Positions 25,888 to 35,272 of a stretch of DNA of 64,000 nucleotides are shown piece after piece. A program made the translations under genes and the position numbers. This DNA comes from Acidimicrobiia bacterium (GTDB lineage: Bacteria > Actinomycetota > Acidimicrobiia > Spongiisociales > UBA5794). The DNA lies in assembly GCA_041581135.1 (NCBI GenBank), contig JBFGCM010000006.1, positions 4,482-68,481 on the forward strand. Reading direction: 5' to 3'. The first letter of the stretch is position 1, and every line of letters starts with the position of its first letter. Below the pieces are notes generated by a model that worked only from the letters and a program-made list of their open reading frames with translations, ran no database searches and had not been told where the DNA came from.

Positions 25888-28800
25888 TCAATCTACCGGT
25901 TCCGAGCGGGGCGGCGCTCCGCCTGGTCCTGCCCGGCCCGTCATGAACGACGTACCTGCTTGGCAGAACTGCACGAAGTCGCACTGCTCACAAGCGTTCG
26001 AGGGTGTCGGCTCGTAGCGCTCATCCCGGGCTGCGGCTACGAGGGCGGAGACGGCCGCGTCGGCTTCACGCATCCACTCGCCGTCCACGTCGTAGGACAC
26101 CTCCTCGATGTTCCCGCCCCCCAAGTAGACGAATGTGACGGTCAGCGCAGCGGGGAACCGAGCAGCGAGGCCGGCGTCCCTAACCGCCATCGCATACGCT
26201 TGGAGCTGGACGAGTTGGACCGGCTCGGTTGGTCGACGCCCAGACTTGAAATCGATGACCTCCCAGTGGTCGTCGTCGTGGACGTAGATCGCATCGATAC
26301 GCCCCCGTACCAGGGCACCATCGACCCGGAGCGAGAACGGGACCTCGACGAACGCAGGCCGCTGGTCGGCGAATCGGGACGAGGTGAACACCTCGTACGG
26401 ATCGTCGGTGCCGGCGGACTCGCCGAACACGATGTCGTACTCGACAGCGGCGGCCTCGTCGAGCGGGACGACGCCGCGATTGTGCATCTCGATGCGCCGG
26501 TGCACTTCGACACCGCGGCGCAGCCACGCCGCCGGTCGGCGGGGGAGCGGGTCCACCTCGCTCCAGTAGAACCGCTGCGGGCACGAGGCGTACGTGACCA
26601 GCCCGGTCACCGAGGTCTTGAAACCTGGATCGACCTGGGTGGCGTCCGGTGCGTCCGGGATGCCCTCGAGCGTCATCCGCAACTGCTTCACGGCTTCATC
26701 GTACGCACCCCCTCTGACGCCACCGGCGCGCCGGGGCCAGCCGGGATCGTCGGCCGTGGTCCTCAGCGCCGCCTGCCACCCCTCCGAGAACAACGGGTCG
26801 GGGGCTCCCTCGAGCCCCTCGATGCGCAGCAGGGTCGGTGGCGGTCCTGCGAGGTCGACGTGCCGCTCCACCACGGCTCCATCGTCGCTGGAGAGGATCT
26901 CGAACAGCTCGCTCTGTCGGCGCGGTTTCCCCGTGCTGTACCAGAACGCTCCTGTGCCGTAGAGGCGCGCCGCGGCCCGGGTGACGGCAACGTAGGCCGT
27001 GCGCCACTCTTGGTCCTGGTGACGGCGCCGGAGGTAGTCCCTGCGCTTCTTGCGCACCGTTGGGAGCTCCTCGTCGGCCCGGTCCAGGCGCAGGCGAAAG
27101 GGGAGCGCTTGCGCTCGTTCGATCGGGTCGTCGAGACGCCGGGAGTCTGCCGGGAAGATCCCGCTGCAGAGCGACGGGAGGAACACCGTGTCCCACTCGA
27201 GGCCTTTGGCTCGATGCACGGTGATCAACGCCACGGCCTCTTGTCCACCCACGCGGGCGGTGTCCAGTTGGTCGGCGGTGTCCTCGTCGGCGAGCAAGTC
27301 GAGGTACTCGAGGAACGCATCGAGCGAGGGGCGGCCTTCCAGCGGACTCCACGCCTCGGCCAGATCGAGGAATCGGTACAGATTGAGGCGGGCGGACAAG
27401 CGGGCGGCCTCGCCCATGCCGTCGATCTCGGTCCACACGCTCAACTCGTCCAGAATGCGCCGACACAGCTCGACGAGCGTGACGCCCTGGGCCGCCTCGA
27501 GGAGCCGTCGGTGGATACTGCGGAACTCACCGAGGCGCCCGTGAGCGGCCGCGGAGAGGCCCTCGACGGTCTCCAGCTCGTCGATCGCTTCGATCATGGC
27601 CCATCCGATGGTTGCGGCCTCTTCGTCGTTCGCCGTGCTCACCTTCGACCGCACCCACTCCGCCAGGGGCACCAAGTCGCCCAGGCCGAGCCGGAAGTGG
27701 GCACCGAGCAGGACCCGCACGAGCGCCGTCGTGTCTTCGGGCGTGCCGAGCACCCGGAGCCAGGCGTGAAGGTCGGCAACTTCGGGTACGAAGAGGAGGC
27801 CGCCGATGGACACCACGTCCACGGGAATCTCCTCCGCTTCTAGGGCGTCGCGGACGAGCGGAATCTGGCGGTTCTTGCGAAAGAGCACGCCGATGTCCGA
27901 GAAGGCGACGTCCTCCTCGTCGTGGAGGCGTCTGATCTCGGTGGCGATCCACGTCGCCTCTTCCACCGCGGTGCGGAACCAACCCACGTGCAGTGAGCCC
28001 GGCCCTGCTCCCGGAGCGGCCCGCAGCTCATCGATGGCGGCGGTGCCGCCGATGTGCTCACGTACCCGGTTGGCAACGTCGATGATTCGTTGCCCGGAGC
28101 GGCGGTTGGTGGTCAGAGGCAGTGTGGCCGCAGGCCGGCCGGCGGCATCGGTGAAGTGGTCGGGAAATCCGGCGAAGTTCTCCAGCGAGGCACCTCGCCA
28201 CTCATAGATGGTCTGGTCGGCGTCCCCGACGGCGGTCACGGGAAAGCCGTCACCGAAGAGTGCCTGCAACATGAGCCGCTGTGCCGCGTTGGTGTCCTGA
28301 TACTCGTCCAGCAGCACGACGCGGTATCGCTCGCGGATTCGTCTGGCGATATCAGGGTGTGCCGATACCAGCCGGTGGGCACGCACGATGAGGTCGCCGT
28401 AGTCGACGACACCCAGCCGGTCCTTGAGGGCCTCGTAGGAAACCAGTGCGGCCGCCAGCTCATGCCGCTTCGCCTCCACTCCGTTGCCAGGTTGCGAAGG
28501 CTCGCTCAGGAGGACCCTGGGAGATGTCAGATGGTCGGAGATCTGGGACATGAGCGTCGCCATCTCGGCGACCCGGTTCCCGGGCGCCGACACGTCGATG
28601 TGCTCGTACTGACCCGCAGCCAAGGCATCGCGCAGCAACTGTCTCGAATACCCGTGGGTGATGATCGGGGCGTTTCGTTCCACCCCGACGACTGCCCCGA
28701 ACTCCCGCAGCAAGCTGTGCGCGAACCCGTGGTAGGTGGTGACTTCGATCTCACGGCCTTCGGCCGTCAGGTGAGGGAGGTAGCGGCGCAGTCGATCCGC

Positions 28801-28995
28801 CAGCTCCTCGGCTGCCTTGTTGGTGAAGGTCACCCCGAGTGCCTGTTCCGGCTCGATCCCCTCACCCTCGATGAGGCCGGCGAGGCGCAGCGCCATCGTC
28901 GTGGTCTTCCCGGTTCCGGCGCCGGCGGCGATCCGCAGGGGCGCCAAGGGGTAGTCGATGATGGCTTGCTGTTCCGGCGAGGCCGTGATGATCAT
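25888..28995 (-). CDS. adnB: AdnB-type UvrD/PcrA-like helicase with C-terminal RecB-family nuclease
   Basis: ATG at 28995 (MIITASPEQQAIIDYP..., residue 69 of the track ORF). AGAGTGKTT Walker A, LLDEYQDTN, C-terminal nuclease with Cys cluster CEQCDFVQFC. ATGA overlap with adnA. Confidence 0.8.
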   Translation of the reverse strand: MIITASPEQQAIIDYPLAPLRIAAGAGTGKTTTMALRLAGLIEGEGIEPEQALGVTFTNKAAEELADRLRRYLPHLTAEGREIEVTTYHGFAHSLLREFGAVVGVERNAPIITHGYSRQLLRDALAAGQYEHIDVSAPGNRVAEMATLMSQISDHLTSPRVLLSEPSQPGNGVEAKRHELAAALVSYEALKDRLGVVDYGDLIVRAHRLVSAHPDIARRIRERYRVVLLDEYQDTNAAQRLMLQALFGDGFPVTAVGDADQTIYEWRGASLENFAGFPDHFTDAAGRPAATLPLTTNRRSGQRIIDVANRVREHIGGTAAIDELRAAPGAGPGSLHVGWFRTAVEEATWIATEIRRLHDEEDVAFSDIGVLFRKNRQIPLVRDALEAEEIPVDVVSIGGLLFVPEVADLHAWLRVLGTPEDTTALVRVLLGAHFRLGLGDLVPLAEWVRSKVSTANDEEAATIGWAMIEAIDELETVEGLSAAAHGRLGEFRSIHRRLLEAAQGVTLVELCRRILDELSVWTEIDGMGEAARLSARLNLYRFLDLAEAWSPLEGRPSLDAFLEYLDLLADEDTADQLDTARVGGQEAVALITVHRAKGLEWDTVFLPSLCSGIFPADSRRLDDPIERAQALPFRLRLDRADEELPTVRKKRRDYLRRRHQDQEWRTAYVAVTRAAARLYGTGAFWYSTGKPRRQSELFEILSSDDGAVVERHVDLAGPPPTLLRIEGLEGAPDPLFSEGWQAALRTTADDPGWPRRAGGVRGGAYDEAVKQLRMTLEGIPDAPDATQVDPGFKTSVTGLVTYASCPQRFYWSEVDPLPRRPAAWLRRGVEVHRRIEMHNRGVVPLDEAAAVEYDIVFGESAGTDDPYEVFTSSRFADQRPAFVEVPFSLRVDGALVRGRIDAIYVHDDDHWEVIDFKSGRRPTEPVQLVQLQAYAMAVRDAGLAARFPAALTVTFVYLGGGNIEEVSYDVDGEWMREADAAVSALVAAARDERYEPTPSNACEQCDFVQFCQAGTSFMTGRAGPGGAPPRSEPVD

Positions 28996-31985
28996 CCTTG
29001 GAACGCCTCCCGGCCCTCCGGCCAGGCCGGGCAGACGCCGCGCAGCCGACACCGCTCGCAGTGGTCGCCGGGTCGGGGCTCCCATCGTTCGGCGCGGATG
29101 CCCTCGGCGGCCGCCATGAGCCGTTCCGCGACCTCCGGCAGCTTGGCGACGTCGAAGGCCCGCACAGTCAGCGACTTGTAGTCCGCCACCGGGTACCACA
29201 GCTCAGCCCACGCCGGTGTGCCATCGAGCTCGTCGTCGACGGCGAGTGCGATGAGGTAGTAGCCGAGCTGCAGTGAGCTCGCCGCATCGGCGAGCGACAT
29301 CGGGTTCCGGGAAGACTTGTAGTCGATGATGCCGAGTGCGTCTCCAGCTCGTTCCACTCGATCGGCCCGACCGCTCCATACGACGCCACCGATCTCAGCG
29401 TCGAGTCGATGCTCGAGGCCGATCGGTTCCCCGGTGGACGGCCACTGCTCGTACAGCCGAGTGAGCGCCTGCACCGCGCGGCGCCGCCAAGCCTCTGCCC
29501 ACGGCGGCCCCCCGAAGGCGGCGGGGTCGAAGTGGTCCTCCAAGGCGTGCAGCGCCTCCTCGAGGGTGGCGTGGGGCCGCCTGTCGGCCATCGCCGCCCG
29601 TTCCGCCTGCTCGAGTACGTCGTGGACCAAGTTGCCGAACACGAGATGGACCGTGCGATCGTCACCCACGTGCAGCCGCCGCTCCAAGGCGTACCGCCGC
29701 GGGCAACGCTCGTAGGACTCGGCCTGGCTCGGCGACATCGAGAGGCCCGCCGGCACCAAGCCGGCGTCTGAACCCCGGGAGCGCACTCCGGCGATCGAAT
29801 CTGCCGGTCTGCCACCCCAGGATGCGGCATCGGCGAGTAGCTCGATGGCGGCCAGGCGCTGCGCCGTCGGTGCTCGATCGTCACGGACGATGCGGCGCAG
29901 CCACGCGTCGGCCTCCTCCGCTGTCGCCGGTTGGGTCCACGGCACTGGGGGTCGGGTGGCCCAGGCCATGGCGTCCACGCCGGCCACGAGGGGCAGGAAG
30001 CGGCTCGGTGCTGCCATCGACTCCTCGACCCCGGCCAGGGTCGTCGTCCACACCACCCGGCGGCGTGCCCGAGTCATGGCGGTATAGGCGAGGCGCATCT
30101 CCTCTTGAAGTCGGAACCGGCCGTAGGCCACCGCATCGCCGCCCAACGACGGCGACAGATGCCGCGATCCCAGCATCGACTCGCGGGGACGCAGGTCGGG
30201 GAAGACGCCTTCGGTGGCATCGGCGATGAAGACCACTTCGTACTCCAATCCCTTGGATTGGTGGAGGGTCGTCACCGTCAGCCGATCGGACTCCGGCCGC
30301 TGGTAGGACAGCAGCGGCCGAGCCTCGAACTCCTCCGATTCGGTGAGCGCCAGGTAGTCGGCCAGCGTGGCACGGGGATCCCGTTCGTTGAGCCTGCCGA
30401 GCACCTGGGCGAGGGATGCCAGCGCAGCCCGCTCGTCGCCGCGGCCGGCGTCGGTGACCACGGTGGAGAACTGCGGCAACGACGACCACAGATGCCAGAA
30501 GCCGTCGACCGCCGGCCACGTCGTGGCCCATTCCGGCGACTCGAGGAGCTCGGCGAGATCTGCGCCGTCCACCACGTGACGTCGAATGGTCTGAGGCCAT
30601 CCCGTGCCTTCGCGAAGCCGCTCGCGTTCGACCGCCCGCAGCGTTCCCAGCGCGGTCGTGAAGAGCGGGCCCAACAAGATGCGACGGACGGCTCGGGCCC
30701 GCTCCTCGCCGGGTTCGGTGGCGGCGATGACACAGTCGAGCACCAGCCGAACGGCGGGATGGTCGGCGAGTCTGGCGTCGGGAGGGTCGTGTGGGATGCC
30801 GCGCCGTGCCAGAGCTCGACTCAACACCGGCAGGAACCGTCGTTTGGAGCGCACGAAGACGCCCATGTCCGCATAGGCGATGTGCTGTTCCACGTGCAGA
30901 CGTTGCAGCTCGGCCGCGATCCACTCGGCCTCCTCGGATTGCTGCTGGAACCCGTAGGTCTCGACGATGCCATCACCGGGAGCCGGGGTCACCGCACCCG
31001 CAGCACCGGGCAGATCACCGCCCGCGGTGACCCGCACCGCGGCGTCCATGATGGCCTTGGGCACTCGAAACGATGTCGTGAGCACGAGGCGGGTCGCCGG
31101 CGCCCCGGAGCCGTCCGGAAAAGCCGCCGGGAAATCGGCGACGTTGTGCAACTCCGCACCGCGGAAGCTGTAGAGGGATTGGTAGGGGTCGGCCGCCACC
31201 GTGAGGTTTCGCGACGGCCGATAGAGGTGCTGCAGCAGCTCCGCCTGGGCGGTCGTGGTGTCTTGGTACTCGTCGACGAGCAGGTAGGAGTACTGGTTGC
31301 CGAGCTCGGCGACCACGTCGGCGTCGCCCAAGAGGCGGAGCGCCTCGGCGAGCAGCGTGCCGTAGTCGATGCGGCCGCGCTGCGGTAGCTCCTCGAGGTA
31401 GCGGCGGTAGAACGACGGCAAGCCCTTCCAGTCGGCCCGGTCGGCGGCTCTGGTCTCGAGGTCCTCCGGCGTGAGCAGCTGTTCCTGGCTGCGCAGGATG
31501 AAGTCCGTGACCTCGTCGGCGAAGGTGTGCGTGGTGAGGAGCGGCCGGAAGGGATGTGGCCAGTCGGTCGGATCTTCGCCGGTCAACAAGTCCCGGACGA
31601 GGGCGGCTTGCTCCGGCGCGGTGAGCAGGGTCGGCAGGCGCTCCCATCCGAAGACGCGGCCGCCGTACAACTCCAGCAGCCCGGAGGCCAGCGAGTGAAA
31701 GGTCGCAGTCGGGATCGAAGTGAATGAGCGGTCGAGGCGGGCTTCGATCCGGTTGCGCAGGTCGGCGACACCGCGGCGCGAGAAGCCGAGAATCAAGATC
31801 TGCTCCGGGGCGACGTCCCCCTCGTCCATCAGATGGACGGCGCGCCGTACCAGGAACTCGCTCTTGCCGGTGCCCGGGCCGCCCACGACGAGCTGCGTGC
31901 CGGCGACGCGTGTCACCGCCGTCGCCCAGTCCTCCGGGTCGACCTGCAGTTCGACGCCATCCGTCTGCTTCGTGCCCACCAGCAC
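28992..31985 (-). CDS. adnA: AdnA-type UvrD-like helicase with C-terminal RecB-family nuclease
   Basis: GGPGTGKSEF Walker A, LLVDEYQDTT, TLHQSKGLEYEVVF, C-terminal IIDYKS...CERCRLRGVCPAW. Upstream partner of adnB, as in the mycobacterial adnAB arrangement. Confidence 0.8.
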   Translation of the reverse strand: MLVGTKQTDGVELQVDPEDWATAVTRVAGTQLVVGGPGTGKSEFLVRRAVHLMDEGDVAPEQILILGFSRRGVADLRNRIEARLDRSFTSIPTATFHSLASGLLELYGGRVFGWERLPTLLTAPEQAALVRDLLTGEDPTDWPHPFRPLLTTHTFADEVTDFILRSQEQLLTPEDLETRAADRADWKGLPSFYRRYLEELPQRGRIDYGTLLAEALRLLGDADVVAELGNQYSYLLVDEYQDTTTAQAELLQHLYRPSRNLTVAADPYQSLYSFRGAELHNVADFPAAFPDGSGAPATRLVLTTSFRVPKAIMDAAVRVTAGGDLPGAAGAVTPAPGDGIVETYGFQQQSEEAEWIAAELQRLHVEQHIAYADMGVFVRSKRRFLPVLSRALARRGIPHDPPDARLADHPAVRLVLDCVIAATEPGEERARAVRRILLGPLFTTALGTLRAVERERLREGTGWPQTIRRHVVDGADLAELLESPEWATTWPAVDGFWHLWSSLPQFSTVVTDAGRGDERAALASLAQVLGRLNERDPRATLADYLALTESEEFEARPLLSYQRPESDRLTVTTLHQSKGLEYEVVFIADATEGVFPDLRPRESMLGSRHLSPSLGGDAVAYGRFRLQEEMRLAYTAMTRARRRVVWTTTLAGVEESMAAPSRFLPLVAGVDAMAWATRPPVPWTQPATAEEADAWLRRIVRDDRAPTAQRLAAIELLADAASWGGRPADSIAGVRSRGSDAGLVPAGLSMSPSQAESYERCPRRYALERRLHVGDDRTVHLVFGNLVHDVLEQAERAAMADRRPHATLEEALHALEDHFDPAAFGGPPWAEAWRRRAVQALTRLYEQWPSTGEPIGLEHRLDAEIGGVVWSGRADRVERAGDALGIIDYKSSRNPMSLADAASSLQLGYYLIALAVDDELDGTPAWAELWYPVADYKSLTVRAFDVAKLPEVAERLMAAAEGIRAERWEPRPGDHCERCRLRGVCPAWPEGREAFQG

Positions 31986-31999
31986 ACCCTATCGAGGGC

Positions 32000-32608
32000 C
32001 TATGACACGCCTCGTTCCCCGTCCGGGTCCCACTCGTAGTCGATCTGGCGGGCAGTGGCCGCGGCCAGGTCGCGACCCACGAGCCGATCGACCACATGCA
32101 GGGCCATCGCGATCCCCGAGGAGAGCCCGCCTGCCGTGATCACGTCGCCGGTGTCGACCCACTGCCGACCGGCGTCGCCGCCCGCTCCGACACGCTGCTC
32201 GAGTGCCGGTACGTCCTCCCAGTGGGTGGTGAAGGCACGCCCGTCGAGCATGCCGGCCTCGGCAAGCAGGAACGCACCGGTGCACACCGAGGTCGTCAGG
32301 GCACACGACCGTGACGCCCGTTCGATCGCAGCGATCAGCTCGGTCCGTGCCGCCACCTCGTCGATGGCGATGGCGCCGGGCACCACCAGGATGTCCACCG
32401 GCCCGAGGTCCCGAAACGTCGTGTCGGGGACCAGGCGGAGGCCGCCATACGCCGTCACCGGGTATGGCGTCAGCCCCACTGTGGTCATGGTGAAGGGAGG
32501 CGGCCGGCCTTGCCGCTCCGCCAGGCGAGAGGCCGTGAGGAACACCTCATACGGTCCGCCGACGTCCAGCAGATCCACGTCATCGAACACCACGATGGCC
32601 ACGCGCAC
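32000..32608 (-). CDS. DJ-1/PfpI family (class I glutamine amidotransferase-like) protein
   Basis: Probable GTG start at 32608 (VRVAIVVFDDVDLLDVGGPYEVF). Nucleophile elbow SVCTGAFLLAEAG, plus ITAGGLSSGIAMAL. Longer track starts would overlap the gdh promoter and coding region. Confidence 0.75.
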   Translation of the reverse strand: MRVAIVVFDDVDLLDVGGPYEVFLTASRLAERQGRPPPFTMTTVGLTPYPVTAYGGLRLVPDTTFRDLGPVDILVVPGAIAIDEVAARTELIAAIERASRSCALTTSVCTGAFLLAEAGMLDGRAFTTHWEDVPALEQRVGAGGDAGRQWVDTGDVITAGGLSSGIAMALHVVDRLVGRDLAAATARQIDYEWDPDGERGVS

Positions 32609-32723
32609 CTCACGGAGTCTCACGGCTGGAGTGGTCCGGAGCAAGCGCAGGTCGTCGCGTTTTGGCGGCGCGCTGGGTATCGTGTTCTGCGGCCAGGCTT
32701 TCTGGTCACCCGCAGCGACGGGA

Positions 32724-34013
32724 ATGGCGATGGCGTTCAGCATCAACGAGGGCAAGCTCCTCGAGTGGGAATCCCCGCTCTACCGGGAGGCGGTACGCCA
32801 GTTCGACCGGGTCGCAGAGCTGATGAACCTCGACCCCAACATCCACGAGCGGATGCGGACTCCACAGCGTGCGCTCTCGGTGGCGTTCCCGTTCCGTCGC
32901 GACGAGTACGCCGAGGTCGACACCGTGTTCGGGTACCGGGTCCAGCACCTCCTCACGATGGGCCCCACCAAGGGGGGCATCCGGTTCGCCGGGGACGTCA
33001 ACCTGGGCGAGGTGGCGGCGCTGGCCATGCTCATGACATGGAAGTGCGCCATCGTCGGTCTCCCGTTCGGTGGCGCCAAAGGTGGCGTGCGGGTCGAACC
33101 GGCCGGCCTGAGCCGAGCGGAGGTCCAGCGGGTGACCCGCCGGTACACCATGGAGATCATCAACTTCATCGGCCCCGACAAGGACATCCCGGCACCCGAT
33201 CTCGGCACCAACGAGCACGTCATGGCGTGGATCATGGACACGTACTCGACGCACGTCGGCCACACCGAACCGGCGGTCGTCACCGGCAAGCCTCCGGCAA
33301 TCGGCGGTTCGGTGGCTCGGCGCGAGGCGACCGGGAGGGGCTTGCTGAGCTTGCTGCCGCCGGCGGCGTCTCATGTCGGCCTCCAGATCGACGGCGCCCG
33401 AGTGGTGATCCAAGGATTCGGCAACGTCGGCCAGTACGCGGCCTTGGCGGCGGCCCAGATGGGATGCCGGGTGATTGCCGTTTCCGACGTCAGCGGCGCC
33501 CTCTACAACGACGCCGGATTGGACATCCCGGCACTGATGAAGTGGACCGACACCCACGGCACGATCGAGGGATATTCCGATGCCGACGTGCTGGAACCGT
33601 CGGAGCTCTTCGGCCTCGATTGCGAGGTGCTCGTGCCGGCCGCCGTCGGCGGGGTCATCACCAAGGCCAACGCCCCTGATGTGAAGGCGCGCATCATCCT
33701 CGAGGGCGCCAACGGACCGACCACTGCCGATGCCGACGTCGTCCTCAACGAGAAGGGCGTGTTCATGGTCCCCGACGTCCTCGGGAACGCGGGAGGGGTG
33801 ACCGTGTCCTACTTCGAGTGGGTGCAGGACCTGCAGAACTACTTCTGGTCGGAGTCCGAGATCGTCGCTCGGCTGCGGGAGATCATGAACCGGGCGTTCT
33901 CCGAGGTGCTCGACATCTCGCTCCGCGAGAAGGTGGACATGCGCACCGCCGCCTTGATCAAGGGCATCCGGCGCGTCACGGCCGCCAAGCTCGCTCGTGG
34001 TGTGTACCCCTGA
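32724..34013 (+). CDS. gdhA: Glutamate dehydrogenase (Glu/Leu/Phe/Val dehydrogenase family)
   Basis: ATG at 32724 (residue 224 of the 652-aa track ORF). Motifs GPTKGGIRF, PFGGAKGG, VIQGFGNVG, EGANGPTT. Confidence 0.9.
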   Translation: MAMAFSINEGKLLEWESPLYREAVRQFDRVAELMNLDPNIHERMRTPQRALSVAFPFRRDEYAEVDTVFGYRVQHLLTMGPTKGGIRFAGDVNLGEVAALAMLMTWKCAIVGLPFGGAKGGVRVEPAGLSRAEVQRVTRRYTMEIINFIGPDKDIPAPDLGTNEHVMAWIMDTYSTHVGHTEPAVVTGKPPAIGGSVARREATGRGLLSLLPPAASHVGLQIDGARVVIQGFGNVGQYAALAAAQMGCRVIAVSDVSGALYNDAGLDIPALMKWTDTHGTIEGYSDADVLEPSELFGLDCEVLVPAAVGGVITKANAPDVKARIILEGANGPTTADADVVLNEKGVFMVPDVLGNAGGVTVSYFEWVQDLQNYFWSESEIVARLREIMNRAFSEVLDISLREKVDMRTAALIKGIRRVTAAKLARGVYP

Positions 34014-34025
34014 ACCGAGGGGAAC

Positions 34026-34859
34026 TCAGCGAGCCGCCGTCCCGGCCAGGGCGGGTTCGTCCACCGGCTCCTCCTGCCAGGCCGGGCAGATCGCCTGGAA
34101 CGAGCACCAGTCACACAGACGGCTCACCCGAGCGGGGTAGTGGTCCCGTTCGATGGCACGGTTGATGGCATCCCACAGCGCCTGGACCTTCCGTTCGACG
34201 GCATCGAGCTGCGTATCGGTGACCGGGATCTCATAGACCGTCGGTCCGGTGAGGTACATGAGCTTGATCTTCGCCGGCGTGCGCCCGAGACGTTGCCGGA
34301 TGAGCAGCGCGTAGATCTTGAGGGCGAAGAACGCCGGCAGCGCATACCGCTCCGGCGGCGCCTTGCCGGACTTGTAGTCGGTGATGACGAGCCCGTCGGG
34401 CCCTTCTTCCATCCGATCCAGAATGCCCCGTAGGGTCATGTCGCCCAGCTCTTCGAGCATGTCGAGCTCGCGATCGATGGGGTCGAACGCCTGGGGGTCC
34501 TCGATGGCGAAGTAGTTGGCGAGGAGCGTCAGGCTCTCGATTCCCCACTCTCGCTCTTCGTCGACGGTTGCGAACAGCTCGTTGAACTCGAGTTCCTTGA
34601 GCTCCATCCAGGCCTCGCGGAACAGGTCATACAGGGCGTCGGGGGTGCGCTTGGGGGCAGGTAGGTCGAACAAGCGCTGGAGGGCGAGGTGGGCAGTCGT
34701 CCCCCGTGCCTGATAGACGCTGGTGGGTTCAGGTAGCTTGTCGATGGCCCGGAACTTGAAGAGCTGCGGGCACGTCTTGAAGTCACTCGCCCTGCTGGGC
34801 GAGAGCGTGGCGAGCTCCGTCACCTCATCTGCTTCGTCGCAAGCCTCTGATCCATGCAT
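34026..34859 (-). CDS. PD-(D/E)XK RecB-family / Cas4-like exonuclease with C-terminal Cys cluster
   Basis: ATG at 34859 (MHGSEACDEA...LSPSRASDFKTCPQLFKFR). Contains ITDYKSGK and C-terminal CDWCSFQAICPAW. Confidence 0.75.
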   Translation of the reverse strand: MHGSEACDEADEVTELATLSPSRASDFKTCPQLFKFRAIDKLPEPTSVYQARGTTAHLALQRLFDLPAPKRTPDALYDLFREAWMELKELEFNELFATVDEEREWGIESLTLLANYFAIEDPQAFDPIDRELDMLEELGDMTLRGILDRMEEGPDGLVITDYKSGKAPPERYALPAFFALKIYALLIRQRLGRTPAKIKLMYLTGPTVYEIPVTDTQLDAVERKVQALWDAINRAIERDHYPARVSRLCDWCSFQAICPAWQEEPVDEPALAGTAAR

Positions 34860-34916
34860 GAGCCGATCATACGTGACCACCCCGACAAAAACCACACGTG
34901 TGTAACTTTCGAGTGG

Positions 34917-34946
34917 TCGCGAAAACAAATACTGAGTCGCGAAAAC
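34917..34946 (+). promoter_or_regulatory. Two direct TCGCGAAAAC boxes 20 bp apart, upstream of the RNA-A promoter
   Basis: TCGCGAAAAC at 34917-34926 and 34937-34946. The second box starts 26 bp before the -35 element. The same layout is seen at 37953-37982. Confidence 0.55.
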
Positions 34947-34962
34947 GAAGTATGGCTTTGGG

Positions 34963-34991
34963 TTGACGGTGCCTGGTTCCGGACGTACCTT
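34963..34991 (+). promoter_or_regulatory. Sigma-70-type promoter of RNA-A (TTGACG, 17 nt, TACCTT)
   Basis: -35 TTGACG at 34963-34968 and -10 TACCTT at 34986-34991 (fits actinobacterial TANNNT). Both hexamers are identical at the paralogous locus. Confidence 0.6.
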
Positions 34992-34996
34992 TCCCA

Positions 34997-35272
34997 CGCT
35001 TCACCGGATCGCAAGATCTGGAGAAGTCGGGCCCGCCGGGTTTGTCCCCTCGGGGACCGGCCAAGAGGCTCTTCGGAGTCACTTGGTCGCCCGGTAGGCC
35101 CACGACCGAATGTGAGGGCTTCGGCCCATACGATCGGTTATCGGAGCGGGCGCAAGCCCGTTTCGAACCGCCTTCGGAAAACGGACCCGCAAGGGAAACC
35201 GGATCTGGAGGCAAAGAAGCCCCGAGAGGGCGGAGGCTCCGGCCAAAGCTTTCTCGGGGTTTCTCTTTGTTC
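34997..35272 (+). ncRNA. Candidate structured small RNA 'A' (about 275 nt), family unassigned
   Basis: Lies between the conserved promoter and a terminator-like hairpin. Carries a series of GNRA/UUCG-capped hairpins, e.g. CCGGATC-GCAA-GATCTGG, CCAAGaGGCTC-TTCG-GAGTCaCTTGG, GGGC-TTCG-GCCC, CGGGC-GCAA-GCCCG. Shares blocks GATCGGTT, TCGAACCG, CCCCGAGAGGGC and CTCGGGGTTTC with locus B. No convincing ORF. The 5' end is estimated, not mapped. Confidence 0.55.
35220..35271 (+). terminator. Intrinsic-terminator-like hairpin plus U-tract ending RNA-A
   Basis: CCCCGAGA (35220-35227) pairs with TCTCGGGG (35252-35259), followed by TTTCTCTTTGTT (35260-35271). Confidence 0.55.

Noticed and set aside
25864-31388. 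Long + strand ORFs (659 aa, 375 aa, 485 aa) opposite adnB/adnA
   Set aside because: They are antisense to helicase-nuclease genes that carry full motif sets, and their translations are Arg/Gly/Val/Pro-biased without domains.
35155-35175. tRNA-like T-arm sequences (GTTTCGAACCG at about 35160, AGTCGAACCGG at about 38283)
   Set aside because: They resemble a T-loop, but no acceptor stem, D-arm or anticodon arm can be built around them, so they are not tRNA genes.
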